64,000 bases of DNA from Octopus vulgaris. Taxonomy: Eukaryota. The stretch is taken from NCBI GenBank assembly GCA_951406725.2, contig OX597825.1:25296001-25360000 (forward strand). Direction: 5' to 3'. Position 1 is the stretch's first letter, and each line of letters opens with the position of its first letter. This document shows positions 12,171 to 24,800 of the stretch, piece by piece. The notes under the pieces are model-generated. The model had not been told where the DNA came from, did no database searches, and saw nothing but the letters and a program-made list of their open reading frames with translations. The translations under genes and the position numbers were made by a program.

Positions 12171-12945
12171 AGGCGGCGAGCTGGCAGAATGCTTGGCGGT
12201 ATTTCGTCTGTCGCTATGTTCTGAGTTCAAATTCCGCCGAGGTCGACTTTGCCTTTCATCCTTTTGGGGTCGATAAATTAAGTACCAGCTAATCACTGGG
12301 GTCGATATAATCGACTTAATCCCTTTGTCTGTCCTTGTTTGTCCTCTCTGTGTTTAGGCCCTTGTGGGTAGTAAAGAAATAGGTATTTCGTCTGCCGCTA
12401 CGTTCTGAGTTCAAATTCCGCCGAGTTCGACTTTGTTTCATCCTTTCGGGGTCGATAAATTAAGTACCAGTTACGCACTGGGGTCGATATAATCGATTTA
12501 ATCCCTTTGCCTCTCCTTGTTTGTCCCCTCTATGTTTAGGCCCTTGTGGGTAGTAAAGAAATAGGTATTTCGTCTGCCGCTACGTTCTGAGTTCAAATTC
12601 CGCCGAGTTCGACTTTGTTTCATCCTTTCGGGGTCGATAAATTAAGTACCAGTTACGCACTGGGGTCGATATAATCGATTTAATCCCTTTGCCTCTCCTT
12701 GTTTGTCCCTCTATGCATAGCCCCTAGTGGGCAATAAAGAAGTAAGAAATTTTAGTACGCCGAGCGGAATGCTTAGCGGTATGTCGCCTCTCTATACTTC
12801 TTGACTTCATATTCCACCGAGGTCGACTTTGCCTTTTATCCTTTCGGGGTGGTTAAATTAAGTACCATTTGTGTAGTGGTGTCAATCTAATCGACTAGCC
12901 TCCTCTCCAAAATTTTCGGGCCATGTGCTTAGAGTACAAAAGATT
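12171..12945 (+). mobile_element. SINE family A tetramer (tandem ~180-bp internal units)
   Basis: One head, then four repeats of ATTTCGTCTG...GAGTTCAAATTCC...GTAAAGAAATAGG (last one degenerate), then terminal CCCTCTCCAAAATTTTCGGGCC segment. Confidence 0.9.
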
Positions 12946-13206
12946 ATTGTTGCTTTTAAGAGCATCGTGGACATTGCAAAATCTTAGAACACAAAGTTCA
13001 TCGTAGTTTCGGCGATAGCAACAGATCGCCGAACAAAATCAAGACACAAATACCGGCGAGATGGCAGAATCGTTAACACGCTAGATGTAAAGCTACGTTC
13101 AGTGGTTGCCAACAGTGGCCCTCAATCCTTCTATTTAAATGAGTTTTCTCACGGATCCCTTTCAATATGCTTATCCTTATGTGTGTGTGTGTGTATGAGT
13201 GTGTAT

Positions 13207-13253
<47 letters not shown>

Positions 13254-13439
13254 TGTGTGCGTTTATGTTTGTTGATGAAAGGCAAAAGTCAGCAAACAGT
13301 AAAATTTGAACTGAAAATACAGTAAAACCTAACTAAGAACTCTATCTTCGACGTCCTCAATCACGCATCCCACATCATTCACTTTACAACATTCCTTCCT
13401 CCCTTCCTTCATTCTTTCCTTCCTTCCTCTTATTTTTTC

Positions 13440-13505
<66 letters not shown>

Positions 13506-13856
13506 CTTCTTTCTTTCTTTCTGTTTGGTTTGTTATTAAATAGCTTTCATTTACTTCAAATATAAATTGTTATGTTTGATTAGTAAAGTATTGCTTGAAA
13601 AATATTCAATAGCGTTTTCGCTTTTTCCTTTCTTCTTTTTTTCTTCTTTTTTTTTTTTTGTAATAATGCTAAAATAGAGAAAGATGATGTCGTTTACCTC
13701 TTATGAAATCGTTAAGAATTCACAAAGATTTCTAAGTTTAAAGCTTTGTTTCTTCGTCTCAAAGTCAAAGTTAAAAACACCACCACCACCACCAGCACCA
13801 TCAAAAGAAAAAGAAAAGAAAAAAGAAAAGAAAAAAGAACAAGTAAAAAATGAAAT

Positions 13857-14170
13857 GTGGAGGCGCAATGGTCCAGTGGTTAGGGCACCGGACCCGCGGT
13901 TGTAGGATCGCGGTTTCGATTTCCAGACCAGGTGTTGTGAGTGTTTATTGAGCGAAAGCACCTAAAGCTCCACGAGGCTCCGGCAGGGGGTGGTGGCGAT
14001 CCCTGCTGTACTCTTTCGCTACAACTTTCTCTCACTCTTTCTTCTGTTGGCCTGCTCACTTAGCCAGCGGAATGGCGTCATTTGAAGACTAAAGCAATGC
14101 GAAGCGCATTGTGACCAGCAATGTGTTGCAACATCTGATAGCCTAGTCGGCCACGGTGATCACGGTGATA
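13857..14170 (+). mobile_element. SINE family B, full length
   Basis: Head GGAGGCGCAATGGTCCAGTGGTTAGG...GTTTCGATTTCC; tail (CACGGTGAT)2; flanked by AAATGAAAT duplication. Confidence 0.9.
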
Positions 14171-14261
14171 AAATGAAATATTTCTTAATATGTGTTTTTC
14201 TTTTTAATTTTAAATTTCGTTTATCTTAAGATTTATCTTAAGACAATATTCTAATTGTACT

Positions 14262-14701
14262 AGGGCGTTGAGCTGGCAGAAACGTTAGCACGCCGGGCGA
14301 AATACTTAACTTAATACTTTCGTCTGTCGCTACGCTCTGAGTTCAAATTCCGCCGAGGTCGACTTTGCCTTTCATCCTTTCGGGGTCGATTAAATAAGTA
14401 CCAGTTACGCACTGGGTCGATGTAATCGACTTAAACCCTTTGTCTGTCCTTGTTTTTCCACTCTATGTTTAGCTCCTTGTGGGCAATAAAGAAATAAGAA
14501 ATAAGAAACGTTAGCACGCCAGGCGAAATGCTTAGCGTTATTTCGTCTGTCTTTATGTTCTGAGTTCAAATTCCGCCGATGTCGACTTTGCCTTTCATCC
14601 TTTCAGGGTCGATAAATTAAGTACCAGTTGCATAGTGGGGTCGATCTAATCGATTGGTCCCCTCCCCCCAAATTTCGGGCCTTGTGCCTAGAGTAGAAAA
14701 G
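14262..14701 (+). mobile_element. SINE family A dimer
   Basis: 17-bp TSD AATATTCTAA(T/C)TGTACT at 14245-14261 and 14702-14718. Confidence 0.9.
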
Positions 14702-15054
14702 AATATTCTAACTGTACTCTTTTACTGGTTTTAGTCATTGAACTGCGGCCGTGTTGTGGCACCATCATGAAACGGGTTAGCTAATCAAATCGACTTCAGA
14801 ATATATTTTCAGTTTGGTACATAAGAGTCCTGTTGACTCTTTGCCGAACCGTTAAGTTACAATCACAAAGAAGCCCCGCACCGGTTGTTAAGCGGTGGAA
14901 GTCAAGCAGAAAGACATAAGCATACATACGCACCCATACAGGTATAATATTCCTTTCTATTAAAGGTATAGGGCCTGAAATTTTAGGGAATAGGGTTAGT
15001 CGATTGCATCGACCCTCAATAGCTGACTAGTACTTATTTTGTCGATACCGGAAG

Positions 15055-16079
15055 GACATCGAAAAAATGGTCGAAAGTATCACAGTGGGAGAGAGGATTT
15101 TAAAGGTCAGAGTGGAAGGGAATATTCCGCGATGTTATAAATGTGGCCTGAATGATTGCATTAGAGCGGAGTGTCCTTCACCACTAGAAAAGGACAAGGA
15201 GAGACAGAAGGAAAAAGGGGTTGGTACTATACTGCCTGTGGAGGAAGAAGTAAGTGAGGTGGAATCACAGAAACCCCCAAAGTTCATCCCCTCCTCATCG
15301 TGGAGGGGACGCTGGCAACTGGCAGTGTCAGAGCTATGCCGTCGGGAACTTCGGTTCCTGGTAGGGCCACCCAAGGCGGATTGGTCTGACACCGAGTGGT
15401 ATTAGGACCACAAACCGGCAGACAGGGCTCTGGTGAAAATCCTCGGAGTATCTTCTTCGGCAACCGGCGGCTCCTTGGTCGTTCTGTCCCTGCGTCTGCG
15501 AACAATCTGCAGCTAATAGGATGTCTCCACATGCGGGATTGTTGGGGACCGCTTGAGAAATCCACATGTTCCCACGAAACTTCTTCCATGAGTAGAAGAA
15601 GCCGACTCAAACCGCCCAGGGTGAATGTCGCCACAAGTACAAGTACAAGTACAGAAGAAGACAGGCGCTAGCGTCGAGGAGAAGGAAGAAGCGAATACCA
15701 GTTGGGAAATGGCGAAGAAGAGCAGGAAGTGAAGGATGACCCCCCAACGCACTGACACCCACTTTACCCCAACCACCCCCTACAGACACCAGCCCTCTCC
15801 ATGCCTCAGCTAACATGAAGACAAACACAAGCACACAGAAGCCCCAAATTTCCCCACCCTCGCCCTTGAAAGAAACATATATTGTACAATGGAGAAAACG
15901 AAGATGTGTATGACAAAATAGACTTGTGGGACAACGATATAAAAGTAAAAGTGGATGTATCAGGAGTGAATGGGATGCCCGAGTACATTCGTAGTGTAGT
16001 GGCAGACCCAGAATATATGTCGGAATTGAAGGACTATGAGATAAATCAAGATTATAAGTGGCGGGTCAAGAAATTGGAC
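15055..16079 (+). mobile_element. L1/Tx1-like LINE ORF1 (gag-like) fragment with degenerate zinc knuckle
   Basis: ESITVGERILKVRVEGNIPRCYKCGLNDCIRAECP has CX2CX4(H>C)X4C spacing at 15133-15174, followed by a charged low-complexity stretch; broken by stops/frameshifts. Confidence 0.7.
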
Positions 16080-16349
16080 ACAAATGTAAATAAACCCAAT
16101 CTGTTTCTTAAACGAGGGACATATTCATACGGCACAGGATGTTGTTTACCTCAATGGACGTCATTGATTGGTTGAAATTGCAGAAATTGAAGAAAAAAAA
16201 CAACAAATATCTTACAAACTATAGAATTTTCTCAATAAAGCCAAGAGAAAAAGATGTCTTATAAACACATTCTACCAATATAGGAAGTTAAAAATTTTTT
16301 AGTTACCTAGAAATTATGTTAAAAACTGCCGTTCAAACCGAAAAGATCC
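16080..16349 (-). mobile_element. Truncated copy of GGATC-terminal MITE
   Basis: Reverse complement of ~42031-42300; ends in TIR AAAAACTGCCGTTCAAACCGAAAAGATCC. Confidence 0.88.
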
Positions 16350-16529
16350 GCTGTTGCTAAAAGAAAAAAAAGCATTATAAACTAAATTATGTGAAGTCGC
16401 TCGGAGGTGGGGCCGAACGGCTTCATTTCATCATTCATTATATAAATTCATTCGTTTTGTTTTTATTTGTCCCCACCTTGTGCTGTCCTCTCTATGTAAG
16501 GCCTTTATGGCCAATTTCATAAAATAAAG

Positions 16530-16880
16530 AGGTTTGCTTCTCAACCACATGTTTCCGGGGTCAGTCCCAGTGCGTGGCATGCCGGGCAAGTGTCTTCTGC
16601 TATAGCCTCGGTCCGACCAAAGCCTGGAGTGGATTTGGTAGAAGGAAACTGAAAAGAAGCCCGTCGTATTTGTATATGTATATATATATTTGTGTGTCTT
16701 TGTCCCCCACCATCACTTGACAACCGATGCTGGTGTGTTCACGTCCCCGTAACTTGGCGGTTCGCTAAAAGAGACCGATATGATAAGTACTAGGCTTAGA
16801 AAGAATAAGTCCTGGGGTTGATTTGTTTGACTAAAGGCGGTGTTCCAGCATTCAAATGACTGAAACACGTAAAAGAAAAT
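16530..16880 (+). mobile_element. SINE family C, degenerate
   Basis: Same body, internal microsatellite and tail as 18458-18835. Confidence 0.82.
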
Positions 16881-17472
16881 AAAGAGAGGCTGCGAGCTGG
16901 CAGAATAGTTAGAAATGCTGTGAAGCGTTTCTTCTGGCATTATGTCTTGAGTTCAAATTCCACCGAGGTCGACTTTGCCATTCATTCTTTCTGGGGCCAA
17001 TAAAATAAATACAAATAAAACACAGGGTGTGGGAGGGTGTCGATGTAAATGACTTAACTTATCCCCTCCCCTAAAATTGCCGGCATTGTGCCAAAAGTTG
17101 AAACCAAATTATTAATTAATGAAATCTTTTAATTAGTAAAATGTTCTTTGAAATATATTCTAAGCGATTTTTTTGTATCGTTAATATAGCCAACAGAGAC
17201 ACTTTTTTGTAGCTTTTATATGATCGTTAATAATATATAGTAACTCCCACACCACTGTATCAATCAAACACAGTTGTCACAAAATTTCTATTTCAGAAAA
17301 TTATTCCAAAACAATATCGATATCAACAACAAAAATCAAAGTAATAATATATTTAAAAAAAATAATAATAATAAAATTAAAGAAATCTGATTTTTTCTGT
17401 TTTATTTTAGTGTCGTGTTTAATCTATGATGAAGACAGCAAATCTCCAACGTCTTTGCCACAGAGGAAGAAC

Positions 17473-17541
17473 AAATACAACTCAATAGAAAATCATTTGA
17501 CTAATAATCAAAGCGTATCGGTTCAATACCTGCTGTACTCT
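17473..17541 (+). pseudogene. Highly decayed tRNA-Cys-like relic
   Basis: ATACAACTCAATAGAAAATCATTTGACTAATAATCAAAGCGTATCGGTTCAATACCTGCTGTACTCT is collinear with the intact gene; anticodon stem TTTGA/TCAAA and GGTTCAA retained. Confidence 0.5.
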
Positions 17542-17722
17542 TCTTCCAGTTTATTTATCTCTAATTTCTGAAAGCACAAAACAACCCCACCTACCATTGT
17601 CCACCAGCAGTTTCCCCTTGTTTCGTTCCGATGATTTGATTTCAATCCCAGTTGTGGTGTCTTTAGTAAAGTAATTTCATACTTTTATTTGGCCACAGTT
17701 TCCCATTTCGTTCTCTCAGTAA

Positions 17723-17763
<41 letters not shown>

Positions 17764-17842
17764 CACAATATATGTATATTATAGTTTGAAAAGTTAGTTC
17801 TATATATATATGTATATATCTTTATTTTTTGGCTATAACTCT

Positions 17843-18255
<413 letters not shown>

Positions 18256-18362
18256 AAAGAGTTTTAAACTTAGGTAATGTTGCAACAAGAATCGAGAATG
18301 TATTTGAGAATGTATTTCGTTTCAAAGTCTAAAAGCGAGTAGGTGCTTGGGAATGTATAGAA

Positions 18363-18433
18363 GTAATATTAACCAGTGGTAGAATATCTCACTACAAATC
18401 TCGAGATCTTCGGATCAATCCTGGGAGTTCACT
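18363..18433 (+). pseudogene. Decayed tRNA-Cys-like relic
   Basis: ATATTAACCAGTGGTAGAATATCTCACTACAAATCTCGAGATCTTCGGATCAATCCTGGGAGTTCACT is collinear with the intact gene (CAGTGGTAGA exact). Confidence 0.6.
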
Positions 18434-18457
18434 TTAATCAGACTTTGTTTTCGGTTT

Positions 18458-18835
18458 GAGTGGCTGTGTGGTAAGTAGCTTACTTACCAACCACATGGTT
18501 CCGGGTTCAGTCCCACTGCGTGGCACCTTAGGCAAGTGTCTTCTGCATAATCTCGGGCTGACCAAAGTCTTGTGAGTGGATTTGGTAGACGGAAACTGAA
18601 AGAAGCCCGTCGTATATATCTATCTATATGTATGTGTGTGTCTGTGTGTCTGTGTTTGTCCACCCAACATCGCTTGACAACCGATGTTGGTGTGTTTACG
18701 TCCCCGTAACTTAACGGTTCGGCAAAAGAGACCGATAGGATAAATACTAGGCCTACAAAGAATAATCCTTGGGGTTCAGAGGTGCTCCAGCATGGCCACA
18801 ATCAAATGACTGAAACAAGTAAAAGAGTAAAAGGG
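18458..18835 (+). mobile_element. SINE family C, near full length
   Basis: GAGTGGCTGTGTGGTAAGTAGC head, GGGTTCAGTCCC B box, internal microsatellite, (GTAAAAGA)n tail. Confidence 0.9.
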
Positions 18836-19680
18836 TTTGAGTTTTTGCCAATAAATTTATGTATTTTCTCACCGGAACGTTTGGAACTTTGAAGTTTCAT
18901 TCATACTGCCTGATTTCGTTCATATTCTCTACATTGATGTAGTTTAAACATGATAATGATGAAAATCACAAACATTTTTGACAGAAATTTATAAAAAAAG
19001 TTACAATCGGGAGCCTCCATTACCGACATACCAGAAGTCGCACGTGTTGTCCGTTTCCTTAACAGCAATATCCATTTGTCTGTTTTCTATTTTGCCATAT
19101 GTTTGAAGTAGTGCAAGCCATAAGGTTAGGAGTCGAGGTTCGGGGGGGGGGGGGGTGTATACTAGAGCCTGCTACTATTGTTGCTTCCTCTGTTGTTCTT
19201 CACAACAGCTGTTTATCTGTCTTTTTATTTTCTTCAGTTCTTCACGGTCAGAAGCCCTCAAATCGGCCTTGTTTTTATCATAAGAGGCCTTGGGCAGATT
19301 AAGGCCTTGTGAGTGGATTTGATTGACGGAAACTAACAGAAGCCCGTTGTTTATGTGTATGTATATGTATACACACACACACACACACACACATAATACG
19401 TACACACGCGTGTGTGTGTATCCGTGTCCACCACCACCACCACCACTACCACTTGAAAACCGGTGTTGGTGTTTACGTTACTATAGCGTAGTGGTTGGGC
19501 AAAAGAGACCGATAAAATAAGCACCAAGGTTTAAAAAAAACAACTAAATACTGGGGTCGATTTATTCGACTAAAATTCTTGAAGGCGGTGCTCCAGCCTG
19601 GCCGCAGTCTAATAACTGAAACAAGTAAAATTATAAAAGATATTCTAAAATATCAGCATGGAATATTTTATCACAAATCT

Positions 19681-20396
19681 TTTGGCCAGTATAGTTTCGA
19701 TACTAAACAACAATAATAAAGTCAGCACTGGAGTCATATATAACATTCATATAACACATTCTCTATTTAATCACACTTTTATTCATGCTCTTCTGTAAAT
19801 AATACCCAAATCTTTCATAATAATTTACACTTTTTTTCCAGTCCTTGTCAAACTTGATGCAAATCATGTGCCAAATTGAGCATCGAAGAAATTCGTAGCA
19901 GTAAAAGACTCTACAGACTGCTTAGAGATAAAGTTCTTTATTGCTATCGACTGAAGCCATCTCTAGGTTGTGTTAAGATCCAATTGATCTAACAAAATAG
20001 TTTATTGTTTGTAGGCGAGGAAAACCCAGCAGTAAAACACCGGACAGATTGCTGAGAAATAAAGATGGCTATAGCTGCTGTTAGATAAAGATCCTGTGAA
20101 GATTGTTTCATACTTCAATCGATCTAAAGATCAATCGATAAGTGTCAGACAGTTGATAAAAAGGTGAAGATAAAAGTGGATAAACTGATATCTTTACTCT
20201 ATGGATCTTTCCTATATAAGTTGTTGGATGGATATATTTACAACATAGTGAAATATTAGAATTTAAATAAAATAATGGCCGTCTATTTTGGTAGAAATCA
20301 ATTCCATGAATGTTTACGAAATGGAACGGAATAAATTCGTTTGTCGTGAGAAGAGAATAATGACGTTTCGCATTGTGACTGTCTCTGACAAGAAAG
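19681..20396 (+). repeat. Near-identical inverted duplicate of 49862-50578
   Basis: Reverse-complement match with only about five mismatches seen by eye; the ORF track shows the same peptides at 20108-20437(-) and 49957-50151(+). Confidence 0.95.
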
Positions 20397-21487
20397 ACAC
20401 TTCCAAACTCCTGTATTTCCTTCTGTTCAATGCACATAAACTCATTATATTTGTGAAAATATACATTTTATCTGTAGATGGGTTTCCTGAGTGTATTTTG
20501 ATGTTTTCTATTTTTGTTAACAATCACCTCCTTTCTCATCAATGTTGAGTTACAAGTCTCTCGGAGTTTTGTGTAATTGGTTAAATCGACACGATTTTCC
20601 CGATTTTGCGAAGTTTAAAGTTAATAAAGAAAGACAACCAGATAGGATTAGAACTTACATTATAAAGAGACTAAACTAGATACTGAATAAGCTTGTTACT
20701 CAATGAAATAAATTCAATTAATCAGACGCCATATTTCTTGAGAGAGATACAAACAAGAAATTCATTGCAAAGACATGTTGACTTTTGTTTAAATCTATGA
20801 AGGTCACACGCTCCTGTTTTGTTTAAGTTACGTCAACATCGTATTTTCCGGAAGTCAATGTAGTATATAGTATAAGCATGTGTAAGCATTCAAACGTGGT
20901 CACTATCTTTCCGAAATCTGCTGCACTTCATATGGAATGTTTGGGCCTCCAATGTCATCTTGGTGTATAAGTCGACCGACATTGTTTTGCAAGTAAATTT
21001 TAGCCTGAAGAATTCGACTAGTATTGTTTCGAACTCTTTGGCAGATTTGTAAACTTAGCTGAAATCGAGGAGAAACAGGTATCGAAAATGCTCTTTTTTC
21101 ACTTTTCTACTTGGCCTTCCATCATTATATGTCTGAAGGAGGTAAAAATGTATTCAAAGATTAAAAATGACAAACAAACGTTGTAGAGGACGAATAGATA
21201 CACACAAAAAAAGAATAAACAAACAAAAAACAAATATACAAAACAAAAAAAAAGGCAACACAAAGAACTCAACGCTGCAATGACAGTATTTTTCGTGCTA
21301 ATTCAATAACGTTGGAAAGAAACTAACGAATTTATCTGACAACCCCACCCTCACACACACACACACTCACATTCACACACACACACACGCGCATATATCA
21401 ATACATGTACGTATATGTATATGTATATATATATATATATACATAAAATTATAAAAAGAATGATAAATATAATATAATAAGTAAAAA

Positions 21488-21590
21488 CACTGCGTACGTT
21501 TCATGGCTATAATTAAATTCGAATTACAATTATGTTTAAATTCAATTGAAATAAATTCGAACTTAAATTAAAGTAAATCTTCAGGTTAAT
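21488..21590 (-). ncRNA. Degenerate hammerhead-like motif
   Basis: Minus strand: CTGAAGA-T...long AT-rich hairpin (TTCGAATT/AATTCGAA)...CAT-GAAAC-GTAC-GCA; same layout as 2019-2106 but cleavage triplet and stem I are broken. Confidence 0.4.
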
Positions 21591-22033
21591 GATAATAGTT
21601 AAATAAATAAGCAAATAGAGTTAAACAATAGTTTTTAAAGAAATAAATAAAATAATAATTTTTCTTATAGAAAAAAAACTCCATTATCTAAATTAGAAAC
21701 TTAAAACATTAGGATTATTTCATACAACCCATTAATAAACTCTCGAATATCCTTAACTCAGTTATAGTCCAATATTTAATTACCAAATTATTTAACAAAA
21801 TAATGACTATTCATATTTTAGATTTAAGTTCACATCTAATAATTATAATATATTTAAAAATAAGTATCTAAATTATAATAAAAAATATAGTAATTAAAAT
21901 CTAAAATTTACTCTATCAATAAATATATAGACATATAATGAAAAATAAATAAATTTAAATACATTTAAAAATTAAAGATTAAAAATCAAATTAAAAACGT
22001 ATAACCTATCTTAAAAGAACCGTATAACTATTT

Positions 22034-22135
22034 TACGATCTATATACCTCAGTGACTAAGTAATATCTTATAAATAGATTATAACTGTACGTTATTTGTA
22101 AGATATTACTTAGTCACTAAGGTATATAGATCGTA
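22034..22135. repeat. Hairpin, ~43-bp arms
   Basis: TACGATCTATATACCTCAGTGACTAAGTAATATCTTATAAATA ... TATTTGTAAGATATTACTTAGTCACTAAGGTATATAGATCGTA, two mismatches. Confidence 0.93.
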
Positions 22136-22162
22136 TATAGATCCCGTTACACATTACGTAAA

Positions 22163-22904
22163 ACATTTTAAGAGTCCAAAACCATCCCTGGAACATAACT
22201 AATATATGTTCTCAGTTTGGAGAAAGATCAGTTGAAAAATACGAGTTATAATTTTTTCCACACGCACACACACACACAGATACAGATACACAGACACACA
22301 TACACACATACACACATACATACAACGGGATTTATATTATATATATATATATACATGTAAAAAATTAGAAAAAACACCTTTTATCAATTCAAAATGAATA
22401 ATTAAATTATACCATCTAGAAAATTACATATAATAGAAATATCAAAATTAAAATAACAATAAAATACCAATGATTAAGTAAATTGCAAAAAAATAATAAA
22501 AACTTATATAATTTTATTATTTTTTTGCAATTTACTTAATCATTGATATTTTATCGTTATTTTAATTTAAATATTTCTATTATATGTAATTTTCTAGATG
22601 GTATAATTTAATTATTCATTTTGAATTGATAAAAGGTGTTTTTTTCTAATTTTTTATATATATATAGATTATATTGTGTGAAATTTGATTTAGTATTTCT
22701 AAATTGAATTTTTTCCTTCTAAGTTTGGATTATTATTCCCTCAAATAATAATTATTATATATATACATGTATATCTATAATATAAATCCCGTTGTCTGTG
22801 TGTGTGTGTGTGTGCAAAAAATTATAACTCGTATTTTTCAACTGATTTTTCTCCAAACTGAGAACATATTATGTTCCAGGGATGGTTTTGTAATCTTAAA
22901 ATGT
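22163..22904. repeat. ~740-bp imperfect palindrome
   Basis: Inner arms ~22358-22501 / ~22512-22657; outer arms ~22163-22355 / ~22760-22904; ~100 bp extra on the right arm only. Confidence 0.92.
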
Positions 22905-23048
22905 ATATATTGGTTTTGTAATCTTAAAATGTATATATATATACTACACATATACATGCCTATATACATATGCATATATATATATAATCCCCAGCCTCAC
23001 ACGTGCGCATATATAGGAGTGTGTGTGTATGTATGTGTGTATATATAC

Positions 23049-23156
<108 letters not shown>

Positions 23157-23406
23157 TATATATATAAAGAATTGCAGCGTGGAAAGTGTTTATAAGCCAT
23201 TTAAAAACATACAAAAACCGTTAGATTTACTTCAACATTTAAATTTAGTTTGCCAGAATATTTTCGTCGCTTTGAGATCGCAACCTGTTCACTAACAAAA
23301 TTCCGTGCTGCATCACGGAATTTGGTAGGTTTCCCGTTACGTCCGTATGTTAGTATCAAGTGACAATGTTTGGTGCCGTAAGTTAAGGTAGAAATGTATA
23401 CAGATA

Positions 23407-23467
<61 letters not shown>

Positions 23468-23528
23468 TATATATATATATATATATACATATAAATATAT
23501 ATATATAAATATGTATATATACATATAA

Positions 23529-23598
<70 letters not shown>

Positions 23599-23692
23599 AT
23601 ATCTATCTATATATATATATCTATCTGTCTATATATATATATATATAGATATGTATATGCATACGTGTGTATATATATATATTTGCATATAC

Positions 23693-23725
<33 letters not shown>

Positions 23726-24207
23726 TATATATATATATACACACACACATATATATATATATATAACTACATAGATGTGTTTTAAATCTCAGTGCGAGTA
23801 CTATATAGATGTGTGTGTCAATTGATTTGTCATAGATAAATAAATATATAAGTAATGCTAAATTAATGAGGAAATATTCGGAAATGAATGGGAAGCAATA
23901 AATAGTTAATTGATAAAATTAATCTATCTTTTCAAGCTTGCAAATGAAAGTAAGGAAATATTAAAGTATAATTCGTAGTTTTTGCTCCAATGAAACAAGA
24001 ATAATTTCAAATAAGAAAAAAAAAAAAAAAACAAATAAAAAAAAATAAACAAAACGAAAGACAAATATGTTATTACCATTATTAGAATGAGACGTTAGTT
24101 ATTTCTCTGATAAAGATTTCTGACGTAAGAACGAAACTGGATTATTATTTTTATTTTCGGTAGGTTGTCAACAGTAGATTATGGCAACCGTAGTACTTAA
24201 CTGGTAT

Positions 24208-24800
24208 AATTCTATTTCTTTATTGCCCATAAGGGGCTAAACATAGAGGGGACAAACAAGGACGGACAAGAGGATTAAGCCAATTACATCGATCCCAGTG
24301 TGCAACTGGTACTTAATTTATCAACCACGAAAGGATGAAAGGCAAAGTCGACCTCGGCGGAATTTGAACTCAGAACGTAACGGCAGACGAAATACCTATT
24401 TCTTTACTACCCACAAGGGGCTAAGCACAGTGAGGATAAACAAGGACAGACAAAGGGATTAAGTCGATTATATCGACCCCAGAGCGTAACTGGTACTTAA
24501 TTTATCGACCCCGAAAGGATGAAAGGCAAAGTCGACCTCGGCGGAATTTGAACTCAGAACGTAACGGCAGACGAAATACCTATTTCTTTACTACCCACAA
24601 GGGGCTAAGCACAGTGAGGATAAACAAGGACAGACAAAGGGATTAAGTCGATTATATCGACCCCAGAGCGTAACTGGTACTTAATTTATCGACCCCGAAA
24701 GGATGTAAGGCAAAGTCGACCTCGGCGGAATTTGAACTCAGAACACAAAAGCAGACGAAATACCACCAAGCAATTCGCCTGGTGTGCTAACGTTACTGCC
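24208..24800 (-). mobile_element. SINE family A trimer
   Basis: Three tandem ~181-bp units, two essentially identical; single head near 24800. Confidence 0.9.

Noticed and set aside
13857-13930. SINE heads as tRNA genes (also 830, 33850-33929, 57664, 58880-58950)
   Set aside because: A and B boxes are present but there is no complete cloverleaf and they continue into repeated SINE bodies.
21590-22030. Nuclear mitochondrial insertion
   Set aside because: Very AT-rich, but I could not recognise any mitochondrial gene or tRNA; BLAST against mtDNA would settle it.
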